Positions 1 to 13,265 of a stretch of 64,000 bases of DNA are shown here, piece by piece. The position numbers were made by a program, and so were the translations under genes. The stretch lies in the NCBI GenBank assembly GCA_964016885.1, contig OZ024741.1, positions 322,896,001 through 322,960,000 on the forward strand. The letters run 5' to 3'. How positions within the stretch are numbered: the first letter of the stretch is position 1; every line of letters begins with the position of its first letter. This stretch comes from Eledone cirrhosa. Taxonomy: Eukaryota. The notes under the pieces were generated by a model that was not told the origin of the DNA, did no database searches, and saw nothing but the letters and a program-made list of their open reading frames with translations.

Positions 1-444
1 GAGCGATACAACTATTTGTTAGTCATTTGACTATACCAAAGCCGGCCATTAATCTCTCGTGTACTTACTGACCTATCCGCTGATATGCAAATCTGGCTAA
101 TCAGTGGGTCTGCTAATATGCAGATCTGACTAATCAAACAGTCTACTAATATGCAAATCAGGCCGATCAGTCACTGTATATTCCAGAAAATATATTTTTT
201 CACTAGCTCTGACAGTTGGCAGGTAAACAATATAGAGTATTGATGAAGGGTAATACCCAGAAACATTAGTGTCTGTCGTTCTGTTTCTATGCCAACCCAA
301 CAGCTAGAATGGTGGGATCATTCTACTCACATTACTTAAGAGGCTGTTTGCATAATTGCTAACGAAACGAATATTATTATTAATATTCGAACAAGTCAGA
401 TTTACATTTCTTGTATTCAGCCATGTAGAGCGATAAAACTATTT

Positions 445-515
<71 letters not shown>

Positions 516-788
516 AGTTTCCCTTTCGAGGGTGGGGGATCCCTAGTCTGGGATACGACGTGCAGCGACTCGTTTTCTGCCTCTAACCGGACTCGGTTGC
601 CCACAATGCAGAAGAGAGTAGAATAATAAGATAATCAATACTGAGATCTGACCAACCGCTTCTCTTTATACCGAACTTCAACGAAACGGCTGTCATCCTT
701 AATATTATGTATATATATATGTATATATATATATATATGTATGTATAGAATAAGGAAAAGCGAAGTAGTTTCAGTTGTTCAAGTCCTT

Positions 789-863
789 TAATAATAATGC
801 TGTGATATATATTTCAATGGCGACACTGTCGCCATTGAAATATATATCACAGCATTATTATTA
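789..863. repeat. Perfect hairpin made of the 3' half of a hammerhead mirrored about stem II
   Basis: gctgtgatatatatttc-aatggcgaca-c-tgtcgccatt-GAAA-tatata-TC-acagc, flanked by (AAT)n/(ATT)n. Confidence 0.7.
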
Positions 864-864
864 T

Positions 865-1034
865 AGAGGGTCGGACGCCATGCTTTCCAGCGTAGTTACG
901 TCCCTTTACGATCTAAGTTCAAATCCCGCCGAGGTTGACTTTGCCTTTCATCCTTACGGGGTCGATAAAATAAAGTACCAGTAATGCACTGGGTAATTGC
1001 TGGCCTTGTGCCTAAAGTAGAAACAATTATTATT
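865..1034 (+). mobile_element. tRNA-derived SINE, family 1 (5'-truncated)
   Basis: B-box-like gttcaaatccc, core gcctttcatccttacggggtcgataaaataaagtacc, (ATT)n tail; many copies in the window. Confidence 0.85.
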
Positions 1035-1195
1035 AAAGGACATCTGGCCTTGTGCCAAATGTAGGAACAATTATTATTAAAGGACTTGAACATCTGAAAC
1101 TACTTCGCTTTTCCTTATTCGATATTTACTCCGTCACTCCTATGTGGAAAAAGTACGTTGAGTGCTTGATTTGAATTGCATCAACGTTTACCCTA

Positions 1196-1248
1196 ATATA
1201 TGTATGTATATATATATGTATGTATATATGTATGTATATATATATATG

Positions 1249-1325
<77 letters not shown>

Positions 1326-1376
1326 GTATATATGTATATGTATATATATATATGTATGTATATATATATATGTATG

Positions 1377-1421
<45 letters not shown>

Positions 1422-1440
1422 ATATATATATGTATATATG

Positions 1441-1489
<49 letters not shown>

Positions 1490-1604
1490 GTATGTATATA
1501 TATATATATGTATATATGTATGTATATATATATATATGTATATATGTATATATATATATATGTATATATATATATGTATGTATATGTATATATATATATG
1601 TATG

Positions 1605-1635
<31 letters not shown>

Positions 1636-1644
1636 ATATATATG
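1196..1644. repeat. (TA)n/(TATG)n microsatellite array
   Basis: direct inspection. Confidence 0.95.
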
Positions 1645-2252
1645 TCAGGTCACCACTTGGTGCTACTGATAACATGTATCCCAGTACAACCTGTCTCATG
1701 GTCGGGTCGTTGGCGACTAAACTGGCAACCCCCACCAAGGTTTCTTGGTGAGGAGGGTGACTTTGGACATCCTGCAGGACTAAAAACAAAACCTGTCAAA
1801 GGGCAAAGGAGCTCTTAAGAGTCAATGGCCATCCAAAATCACTGGGAGAGATGACCCCTTAGCCTTTGTCAAAGCAGAATTCTAGGAGAAGGAAAACTCT
1901 GATATAACACCTGCAACCCTGATGGTATCCAATGATGTTGACTTGTTCTTTTTTTTTTGGTAAATATCATCTTGGTTAAGAGAGTGGGACTGGCTTTGTG
2001 CAGTGCCTTTGCTCACTATAAAAGCTTCACGGCACAGGCATTGCTTTGTATCTGGAGATCTCTCTGCACTTGTCGTCACATGGTACCATGGGCCTAGCAC
2101 TGTGTCAATAATTGTCACAAGTGTAGTGTTTGTACCAGAGTTTTCAAGTCGCTGGCTGGACTAAAAAGTCACACTCGTTCAGCGCATCGGTAGGAGTTCT
2201 CCTACATGGATATAAAGTAGTGGCCGTACTCGAAAACGAGTTGGCAGCCACC
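1645..2252 (+). mobile_element. Dispersed repeat inserted in (TA)n; possibly the 5' region of an RTE-type LINE
   Basis: Near-identical copy in opposite orientation at 55856-56414; contains ctaggagaaggaaaactctga, which I recall from RTE-type 5' UTRs (unverified). Confidence 0.6.
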
Positions 2253-3600
<1,348 letters not shown>

Positions 3601-4448
3601 AATTGAAGTATGGCTTACCATTCAATTTTTCTATATTTCAGAACATGAATGTAAAGATGAATATTAATACCTATTAATACAAATGGAAGAATTCGGAAAG
3701 CCTGCGAACCTAAATATTATCAAGAATATTTATGAATGAAATCGTGCGGGAAGCAAAAGCGACGTGAATGGAAATTTCTTTTTTAATACTATATGGAATC
3801 AGTTGTGGAAATGAGGCTTACACTCAAAAGTAAATATTTCTCTAAATGCCTGATATATATCATTTACCATGCACTCTCTTTCCTTCCAACTTTCTCTCTC
3901 TCCCTCCTTGTCACCACGCACACAGAAACAGACAGATGTACATACTTACACAAATGTACGATTATTTAAATAAATAGCCAACACATAACTTATCATGTTC
4001 GTATAAGATGGTGATTTATATTGAACATCACTATCTTGCGAAGAACGAGATGAAAACAGTAACTTTTTTTTTTTAAATAACAAATAAATTCTGTTATTAA
4101 AATGATGGCGTTCGTTAGTCTTGCAAGATATGGACTTTTAACTAAAAGGATTTGCTTAGCTCTTGCTGACAAAGTAACGTTTGGAGAAGGAGTAGCTATA
4201 GATAAATCGAGAATGAGAGTTTTGGCTTCATTTGAAGACACCGTCTACCATTTTCATCCTAGTACTGTTTTACATTAGAGAGCGCTTTACTTGGGAATCA
4301 AATCTCAGCTTCACCTTTCATCTTTTTGCACCCACGTCTAGTTCCATTTGGTAATAGTAAATATACATAGATGCATTCATGCATACAGACACACTGACAC
4401 ACACGTGCGCGCGCGCAAAGACGCACGCACGCACGCACACACACACAC

Positions 4449-4493
<45 letters not shown>

Positions 4494-4740
4494 CATTGCT
4501 ATTAGAGAAATGAATTTGAGAGTATTGACATCCTCATCCTTGTCACCACCATCACCATCAGCACCACTACCACCATCACCTCCTCTTCCACCACCAATAT
4601 CAACATCAGCAGCATCGTCTTCTTCATCAACACCGTCATTATCAACGAAATAAATACAAAGAACCAACAGAAAAAAAGTAAACAACTTTCAACAACTGCA
4701 AATACATATACATACATACATACATATATAGTGAGAGATA

Positions 4741-4784
<44 letters not shown>

Positions 4785-4834
4785 GGGATATATATATATA
4801 TATATATTTATATAATATATATATATATATAGTG

Positions 4835-4879
<45 letters not shown>

Positions 4880-4959
4880 GGTAGGGATATATATATAGAG
4901 AGAGCGATAAATTTATATACAAATATATATAAAAAAAGATTCTAACAACAACTGGCAAG

Positions 4960-5218
4960 ATGTCATACGAAATAGATGAGATGTTTGATCTCTATAACGG
5001 ATCGCTGGCCAATTTATCTGTTTTGTTCCAAGATTATGCGGACGATATGGCAATGCTGGTCGATTGGAATGACATAACTCTCGTCAGTCTTTATACAATT
5101 GTCTTCGTTATCTCGATCGTTGGCAATATATCAATTCTGTTATTGATTGGTCTCACTCGGAAATTACGTAACATCACCAACATGCTGCTCTCCAACATGG
5201 CCATCGCAGATCTCGCAG
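4960..5218 (+). CDS. First coding exon of a rhodopsin-class (family A) GPCR, probably a neuropeptide receptor (N-terminus, TM1, start of TM2)
   Basis: LYTIVFVISIVGN (TM1 GN) and RKLRNITNMLLSNMAIADL (TM2 motif); N-glycosylation sequons NGS, NLS, NDI-like N-terminus; ends at a phase-1 donor GCAG|GTATGT. No downstream exon recognised. Confidence 0.9.
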
Positions 5219-5511
5219 GTATGTACATGTGTCTGTCACTCATTTAACTGATTTCTTTCTTTCTCTCCTTCCTTCCTACCTACCTATCTTCCTTCTTTAT
5301 TTCTTCATTTCCTCTTAATTATGCCTGTCTGCCTATCGATCCACCAGTCTATGTCTCCGTCAGATTGTCTATCCATCGATTTATCTATCTGAAAGTCTGT
5401 CTGTTTTTCTATCTGTCTGTGTGTATCTGGATTGTTCTTTTATTGATAATAATCAGAAAAATTATGGTTATCATCATCATCTTTGTTATAATTATCTTAA
5501 TTATTATTAGT

Positions 5512-5724
5512 GAATTGGCAGAATTGGTAGAACGTCGAACAAAATTTCTGCGATATTTCTTCCGACTTTTTTCATTCTGAGATCAAATCCAGCCTAGATG
5601 AAATTTGCCTTTCATTTTTCTGGGGTCGATAAAATAAAGTACCAGTAACGCACTGCGGTCGATTTAATCGACTTGACTCTCCCCTAAAATTATTGGCCTT
5701 TTGCCTAAATCAGAAACCATTATT
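5512..5724 (+). mobile_element. SINE family 1
   Basis: A-box-like tggcagaattggtaga, core gcctttcatt..ggggtcgataaaataaagtacc, ATT tail. Confidence 0.8.
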
Positions 5725-5972
5725 GAGAGAATTAGATTAGTAGTATCGGTAGAGCGTCAGACAACATACATTGTGGCATATAGTTACATCCCTTTAGGTT
5801 CGTAACTATTATATGTGCTGCAACACTGACTTCGACTCATATATATATATATATATATAATGGATAGATGAATAATATGAGGAAAATTAAGAAATGTTAT
5901 TTGTCTCACATATATTTCAGCAGGAACACGATGAAAGAAATGAAATGGTAAGATATTCGCTGCTCAAGCTGC

Positions 5973-6140
5973 AGGGATTGGCATATCGTTAGAGGGTCGG
6001 ACGCTATGCTTCGCAGCCCTTTACGGTCTGAATTCAAATCCCGCCGAGGTTAACTTTGCCTTTCATCCTTACGGGGTCGATAAAATAAAGTACCACTGGG
6101 ATAACTGCTGGCCTTGTGCCAAAAGTAGAAACAATTATTA
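5973..6140 (+). mobile_element. SINE family 1
   Basis: ttcaaatcccgccgagg...gcctttcatccttacggggtcgataaa, attatta tail. Confidence 0.85.
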
Positions 6141-6419
6141 GTATATAGAGATGTGCCCTATATATTATAATGTGAGTGTTAACTCGAGGAATTTACTTTT
6201 AACATTTAATTTCATTTAAACACGTAACATCAGAGACTTTATCTAACCCTCGAGACTTTGAATTAATCATGTAATCTCAGAGGCTTGATGAAATGTACAA
6301 AAATATACTAACAGGCAATCTCAAGGAAAAAACGTCCAGACATTACAACATGATAACGATATGATTTATAGTTGGATAATTTCAATTACATTAATAACTT
6401 ATTATTCTTTAATCATATA

Positions 6420-6520
6420 CAGGGTGGTCCCAAAAAATGTATACATTTTGATTACCAGTACAGGCAATATCTATTAGAATGCTGTTGAAGCGTATATATC
6501 ATTTTTGGAGGGACACCATG
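6420..6520. mobile_element. Short Tc1/mariner-type MITE
   Basis: ta|cagggtggtcccaaaaaatg ... catttttggagggacaccatg|ta: imperfect TIRs with TA flanks. Confidence 0.55.
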
Positions 6521-6984
6521 TATGTGTGTGTGTGCGTGTTTGTGTCTGTATGTATGTGTGTGTGAAAAATAAACGGATAAACAATTCAGGGAAACAATAC
6601 AGTACAATGACGATATATATTAGTTTAGTCGCTTGATGTAGTAGTAAAGGAGTCCCATGATAACCAAAACAAAATAATCTAATATAATTAGGCCGAGTTT
6701 ACACTCGCAAATAAGAAGAAGCAGGGCCGCCCCTAGGAGCATTGGATTTGGTGTACTCCATATTTGTTTCGGTTGCTGAATACAATCAGGGGTCGCTGTT
6801 TCTCCTGAAGGTCAATAGTTCTCTTCTAACTCGAGCGGGAGCACCTTTCCATTGTCAATTTGCATTGATCATCTGCAAAGCCGCATTGTTCTCAGAACCA
6901 CTACACCAGTCTGTTGATGCGAGCAGCTGGAACTACTGCCACCCATTCTATATAAATAGACCAATGACAACAACGACATTCGGT

Positions 6985-7178
6985 GGAATGCCAGACACCA
7001 TGCTTTGCAGCATAGTTATGGCCCTTTGTGTCTGTGTTCAAATCCCACCAAGGTTAACTTTGCCTTTCTTCCTTGCGGGGTCAATAAAACAAAGTACCAG
7101 TAATGCACTGGGGTCGATTTAATCGACTTTCCCTCCACCAAAATTGCTGGCCTTGTGCCTGTAATTGAAATCTTATTA
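6985..7178 (+). mobile_element. SINE family 1
   Basis: gttcaaatccc B-box and the same core and 3' end as other copies. Confidence 0.8.
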
Positions 7179-7303
7179 ACTGCAAGAAAGAAAGTAAAAG
7201 AATGTATAGCGTTGAATATTAAAAAGACAAATATATATAGATATTAAATTATATAATATTACACAATACTAAACAAGTAATGAATTATGTTAAGGTGTGA
7301 ATA

Positions 7304-7645
7304 CAGTGGGACCTCGCTTCACGAACTTAATTCGTTCTTAAAGGCTGTTCGTCGCCCGAAATATTCGCAAGCCGAAACTATTTTTCCCATGCTAAATGCT
7401 GAGGGAGAAATACTATGAATGAATGAATGTGTGTGAAAGACAGATAGATATCACCATAGTAACTAACTACACGGCAAGTGACACTTTATCACCAATACTC
7501 GCAGCTTGTCGCCAACCGTTGTTGCCGGCTTGCGTGTTCGTTACTCGAGACACCATTCGTCACCCGAGACGCTTTATGTTCGGAAAAATTCTTCGTGAAC
7601 CGATTTGTTCGTGATGAGAGGCGTTCGCGAACCGCGGTTCCACTA
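7304..7645. mobile_element. Tigger/pogo-type MITE
   Basis: ta|cagtgggacctcgcttcacgaac ... gttcgcgaaccgcggttccacta|ta TIRs with internal gttcg repeats. Confidence 0.75.
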
Positions 7646-8659
7646 TATAGATTTTTTTTTTTTTTTAGGATATAGACAGTGACGAGGAAGGGTAAACACC
7701 TAACTGGCAATTCTTAATTGTAAGTTTAGTAACTACAATTTGCCTTCATATTTTTCTGCCGCATTATACCGACGTTTTGAAAATCATCGGATCAGGGATT
7801 GAACCACGATTGTGAGTACAACACCCTGGCTACTAAACTATGCATATTTACAATATAAACAATAATACCAAAGAAATTACGATTGAATTTGAGAACTGAG
7901 CTAAATCACTGACCTTACAAGAACCTCATTACTTTTAAAGATCACAAAGATGATTTTAACTACAACAGTTCCACCTGATTGATTAAACTATTCCTAAACT
8001 AATGTTAGCTTCTCGTCTACCTCTTTGGAATATGAATTGCTAGTTCACACTAACCTAGTATATTTGTCCATTGTGATGTGCCTCATCTAAGTTATTTACC
8101 CTAACAACCCAGTTTTTTTTCCAATTTATACAATACACTGATTCAGTTTCTACCGGAAACTGATTCTAGTAACATCTGTCTCTATGACCCAGTTTCTCTA
8201 ATCGACTGGTTCTGTTTCTGTACCATACCGAAGTCTAAACTGCACCACTGTAATCCAGTTCTTCACCACACCGATAACTAAACTAGCCTACATTACCCAG
8301 TTTCTGTAATAGACTGACCCAGTTGCTACACTACACAGGCGACTAAACCACCCTACCATGACCCAGTTTCTGTAATCGAACGTCCGAATTTACGATTGTG
8401 AACTCAGCACATTAACCAATATGCCACATGCGTCCAGGATTCTAGTGTATTCTGTGTGTATGTTACATGGTGTGATGGTGTTAGTTTTCAACTGATTTAC
8501 GATCGTCCACTTTATCTGTATTGTATTCCCTGACAACTTAACTGACTACTTCTCTACACATAGTAACCCATATATCACACCAAGCTTAAAGCCATAATAC
8601 ATAAACATATCACACACACACCATATATGTGCGAGTGTGTGTGTGAAAGAGATGTTTAT

Positions 8660-8710
<51 letters not shown>

Positions 8711-8950
8711 GAAGTATTTCCGTAGGAAAGGTAAAGGAAAAGAGAGTGCTCTATGTAGGCTACAGAGCTTTTTATTTATGTAATAAAGAACATAAGATAA
8801 TTATTTCATTTACCAGTGGTTTCTTGAAGACAGATATTTATGTCTGTCTTCACCATCAGAAAAATATTATGAATGAAGACAGACATAAACATCTGCCTTC
8901 AAGAAACCACTGGTAAATGAAATAATTATCTTATGTTGTTTATTACATAA
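8711..8950 (-). mobile_element. PLE pseudo-LTR fold-back with degenerate HHR (family A)
   Basis: Tail gaagta...agagc and inverted arms match 42618-42780; minus strand CTGATGG-tgaagacaga..tctgtcttca-aGAAACcactgGTA. Confidence 0.75.
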
Positions 8951-9459
8951 CTATATATATATATATATTTATTTATTTATTTATAAAAATAACAGATTAA
9001 AGTTTAAGCAAAGAATCGCTGCTTTCACCCTTAACGAGATCTTCTGTGTATGCAGGGTATGGGGGGGGGGGGGGTCTGAACTGATGTGAATTTCAATAAA
9101 TGAAAAAGTTTTATAAAATTGCAGCAAAATCTTTAATATTTCCTATCTTGTGTATTTCTACATACATACATACAGTAGGCGGAAACTCGCGATAAGGCAA
9201 GCGGACAACGAAAAATTCCCATCAAACAAGTGTTTCGAACCATGATTCCTCCAAACACTCTAAGGGAGCCGGACCCACTTAGGTTATGACTCCTAGGTGA
9301 CATGTAGTTGATTGTTTTTCTCTCCAGTGGGTAATCTTGTTTCCCATTCTTGTGGTGTACTCTACTCGACCACAAAGACCATCGGCAGAACTAACACTTT
9401 ACATCTATTTAAACAGCAATCAATGTTCGCGAGTTGATGTACATGGACTTAATTACAGT

Positions 9460-9760
9460 TGTCATTGCTCTTTGACCATATCCATATTGAGCTTTTTTCG
9501 GCAGTTTCTGACAAGCGTTTGATCGTTGCTATTCTGTTCCGACCTTTGATTCCAAGCTGACCTAGTAGTTTTCACATAGAAGCTGTGACAAATTCTTGTA
9601 CGCCAACTTCTATAGTCTTTATTATGCATTGATGCTTCTCTAGCGATATCTTCATACTTCCTCTTCTTGTTCTCATGTTGTTCATCACAGGGCTCTTATG
9701 GGGGATATAGCTATTGTCACAATCATCCTGGGGATATAGGTTTAAACTGATTTTGCGCAG
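9460..9760 (-). pseudogene. Decayed restriction-like endonuclease C-terminus of a Hero/R2-group non-LTR retrotransposon
   Basis: Minus-strand translation IEVGVQEFVTASM*KLLGQLGIKGRNRIATIKRLSETAEKSSIWIWSK resembles the EVG..GF...AE..S.WIW ending of such elements. Confidence 0.6.
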
Positions 9761-9777
9761 TGAATTGCTTTGTTTTG

Positions 9778-10700
9778 GAGGGACTAATCTTGTCTCTGCC
9801 AATACCAACCAGTTTGGTATAAGTATATCTCCATTGAGAGCTGGCTCGTAGAGGTTGATACGTTACCTCAGGGGGGAAATCAAATCTTGTACCAGTTGCC
9901 GTTAATCAAGTCTCTTCCTAATATTTTCGTTTCCTGAAGTTTTCTTATTACAGACTCAAGGTTACCATTATTGATGCTGTATGATTTTAGTGTAGTTCAG
10001 AGGTAAAGGTTTATTCGGGTATCTTTCAACCTCACTGCATCTTGTTTAAGTTTCTTTTCCTCACCCAATATTTTTTCCAGAATAAAGCTGTCTTTCTGGG
10101 ATGGAGCCTCAGTAATATTTATTGATTTGCCCCTTATAGCTCTGTAAACTGATCTTTGGTTTCGACTGAATCTCTAATTAATAATTTTTCTTTCGTCTAC
10201 TCTTTTCTGATATCGGAGTTTCTCACTGACAGCTCTTAATTCTTGTTTGAAGGTGATTAATTTGTATTCAAGAATTCTATTTATTACTGTTTCCAAACAT
10301 GGTTACTCTTTTATTTTTCACAGTTTGTGGTGGGTGGAGTGTAGTTTTGTTTTTGTTTACATACGATAAATATCGCCATATGACCGATAGGTTTTCGTAG
10401 ATTAACGATCTTATTTTCCATTTTAGAAATACACGATGGCACGTTTTTTGTTGTTTTCTCTTTGCTTACGTCTCTAATTAATGATTTACACTGGCTCCTA
10501 AGGTATATAGATTAGCGTTAATTTGCCAAAATGTAAGGTATTAATCTGTCGTAAATATTCACGTAGAAATTCGTTGATAAAAGGCACAATTTCTTTATTC
10601 GGTCTTTTATTTATCATCAGATGCTGTCTCTTTTTTAACGGCAGTTTTAAACATACATTAACCTCTTTTTAAAACGTTTCACTAAGGAAATATTTCAGTT
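9778..10700 (-). pseudogene. Decayed R4/Dong-like non-LTR ORF fragment up to the start of RT
   Basis: NQKSVYRAIRG, IRKLQETKILGRDLINGNWYK and IPNWLVLAETRLVP across stops and frameshifts. Confidence 0.6.
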
Positions 10701-11331
10701 GTTTGTAATCTTCTCCCAGCTAATGATACACTTGTTATCATTGACAACTTTGGTTGGTGCCAAAAAGACTGCCAGTTATCATAGGAATTGGGGTAAAGTG
10801 TGCTGCGTCATATAGAATCAAATTTGTGATCCTCATGTATGTATGCGTATATGTGTATATGAATGTATATCTAGAGGGATGTATGTATGCATATATGCAT
10901 GCATCTATGTATGCTTCTATATATATATGTATGTATGTATGTATTTATGTATGTATGTTTGAATGCAAGTATGCATGTCTTTCTCTATATATGTATGTGT
11001 GTGTGTGGGGGGGGGATGGATGGATGTATTTGTGTATGTATACATGCATGAATATGTATATATGTATGTATATATCTATATATGTATCTATATATATTCA
11101 GAAACACACAGATACATGCGGACACACACATATATACATGAATGCATCCGCACCCAACTGTGAGTTAAGGGTGCCAACTTCACCGATGTTGCTCAATGAA
11201 TGACTGGGACAGACCAATTCAATTTGAACCAGACTGAACCAGTATCAGAGTTAATAATACATTATGAAGAGAGAAGAAACATTTAGATATAATTAGTAAT
11301 AAAATGTATCATACCTAAACTGCTCCTAAAT

Positions 11332-11419
11332 TCCTCGACTACGTAGTTTCGTGGCATAAACAAAAACAATATATCAAAGATATAGAGTCCCTGCGAGGTC
11401 TGCCGACTTATCAAGAGGA
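11332..11419 (-). ncRNA. Type I hammerhead ribozyme, U3-A8 variant (family B)
   Basis: reverse complement of the motif at 12424-12511. Confidence 0.75.
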
Positions 11420-11922
11420 TACTTCATTTTACTAGTCTCAAGAACGCGTCTACACGACGTGAGAAAGAATCCCAAAAGGCGGAGGGGGAGATAGTCACGC
11501 GATATAACGGTCGAGAAACAGAGCTAAGCCTCTTATAACCACGAAGAAAATACCACGGAGGCGGAGGGGGTATTCATATCGAGGCCGTAGAAGAGGTAGT
11601 GAAGAAGGCGAGAAGTATGAGTAATGGAAGCTTTCCAGTTGTCCCCACACTTCAAAGATTGCTCGACCAGAGGGAGTTATTAATACATTCAGAAACACAC
11701 AGATACATGCGGACACACACATATATACATGAATGCATCCGCACCCAACTGTGAGTTAAGGGTGCCAACTTCACCGATGTTGCTCAATGAATGACTGGGA
11801 CAGACCAATTCAATTTGAACCAGACTGAACCAGTATCAGAGTTAAAAATACATTATGAAGAGAGAAGAAACATTTAGATATAATTAGTAATAAAATGTAT
11901 CATACCTAAACTGCTCCTAAAT

Positions 11923-12010
11923 TCCTCGACTACGTAGTTTCGTGGCATAAACAAAAACAATATATCAAAGATATAGAGTCCCTGCGAGGTCTGCCGACTT
12001 ATCAAGAGGA
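11923..12010 (-). ncRNA. Type I hammerhead ribozyme, U3-A8 variant (family B)
   Basis: second tandem copy, 591 bp from the first. Confidence 0.75.
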
Positions 12011-12423
12011 TACCTCATTTTACTAGTCTCAAGAACGCGTCTACACGACGTGAGAAAGAATCCCAAAAGGCGGAGGGGGAGATAGTCACGCGATATAACG
12101 GTCGAGAAACAGAGCTAAGCCTCTTATAACCACGAAGAAAATACCACGGAGGCGGAGGGGGTATTCATATCGAGGCCGTAGAAGAGGTAGTGAAGAAGGC
12201 GAGAAGTATGAGTAATGGAAGCTTTCCAGTTGTCCCCACACTTCAAAGATTGCTCGACTAGAGGGAGTTATTAATCCTCCGCCTCCGTGGTATTTTCTTC
12301 GTGGTTATAAGAGGCTTAGCTCTGTTTCTCGACCGTTATATCGCGTGACTATCTCCCCCTCCGCCTTTTGGGATTCTTTCTCACGTCGTGTAGACGCGTT
12401 CTTGAGACTAGTAAAATGAGGTA

Positions 12424-12511
12424 TCCTCTTGATAAGTCGGCAGACCTCGCAGGGACTCTATATCTTTGATATATTGTTTTTGTTTATGCCACGAAACTAC
12501 GTAGTCGAGGA
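12424..12511 (+). ncRNA. Type I hammerhead ribozyme, U3-A8 variant (family B)
   Basis: stem I tcctc/gagga; core TTGATAA; stem II gtcggca...tgccac; GAAA; palindromic stem III CTACGTAG; GUC triplet. Confidence 0.8.
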
Positions 12512-13059
12512 ATTTAGGAGCAGTTTAGGTATGATACATTTTATTACTAATTATATCTAAATGTTTCTTCTCTCTTCATAATGTATGTATCTATATATGT
12601 ATATAACTAAATATATATATATATATATGTGTGTGTGAGTGCGTGTGTATAATCTATACATGTAAGTATGTATCTATGTTTTTATGTTTGTACGCTTCTA
12701 TGTATGTATGTACTTATGTATGTTTCTATGTATATATGTATGGAGGTATTGAGGTATGTATAAATGTATGTATGTTTTCGATACAGAATATGCTCGAATG
12801 TATTTCCTCCTGTCTATATTCTTAATAAATACATATATAACCAGTGTCGTTATTTTCCAAGTGTTTCTATATATACTTAACTCTTAGCAGGGTCTACTGA
12901 CGCGAAAATAATTCCCTGTAGAGATCCTAACAGATCGAAACATCTCCGCTGCTTTCACTAATTGGTTTGAAAAACAAATTATATTCCTAACTACATTGTT
13001 TTTATATCAAACACTCTTATGAACAATAAAATCGTACAACATGATTTACAGTTCCGCTG

Positions 13060-13265
13060 TGGATTGGCAGTATCTGTAGAGCGTCGGACAATATATTTCG
13101 CCGTATAGAGTTCAAATCTGAGTTCAAATCCCACCGATTTTAGCTTTGCCTTTCATCCGTTTGGAGTCGATAAAATAAAGTGCCAGTCACTCACTGGGAT
13201 AGATTTAATCGACTTCCCCTCCCCCAAAATTGCTGGCCTAGTACCTAAAACAGAAACCATTATTT
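13060..13265 (+). mobile_element. SINE family 1 with probable target-site duplication
   Basis: family core present; atttacagttccgctg occurs on both sides (about 13044 and 13262). Confidence 0.85.

Larger units (their letters stand above)
748..1195 (+). mobile_element. PLE-type fold-back element (inverted arms 748-797 / 1071-1120 plus ~75 nt tail) with nested insertions
   Basis: gaataaggaaaagcgaagtagtttcag...ctttaataataa is mirrored by ttattattaaaggacttgaacatctgaaactacttcgcttttccttattc; (TA)n on both sides; a hairpin and a SINE lie between the arms. Confidence 0.6.
11097..12585 (-). mobile_element. Retrozyme-like / PLE pLTR array: two 591-bp tandem units plus an inverted partial arm (family B)
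   Basis: 11101 repeats at 11692; 12276-12585 is the reverse complement of part of the unit; each unit has an HHR. Confidence 0.85.

Noticed and set aside
80-180. Three 33-bp repeats containing ATGCAAAT octamer motifs
   Set aside because: Degenerate short tandem repeat with stops in all frames; no evidence of a regulatory role
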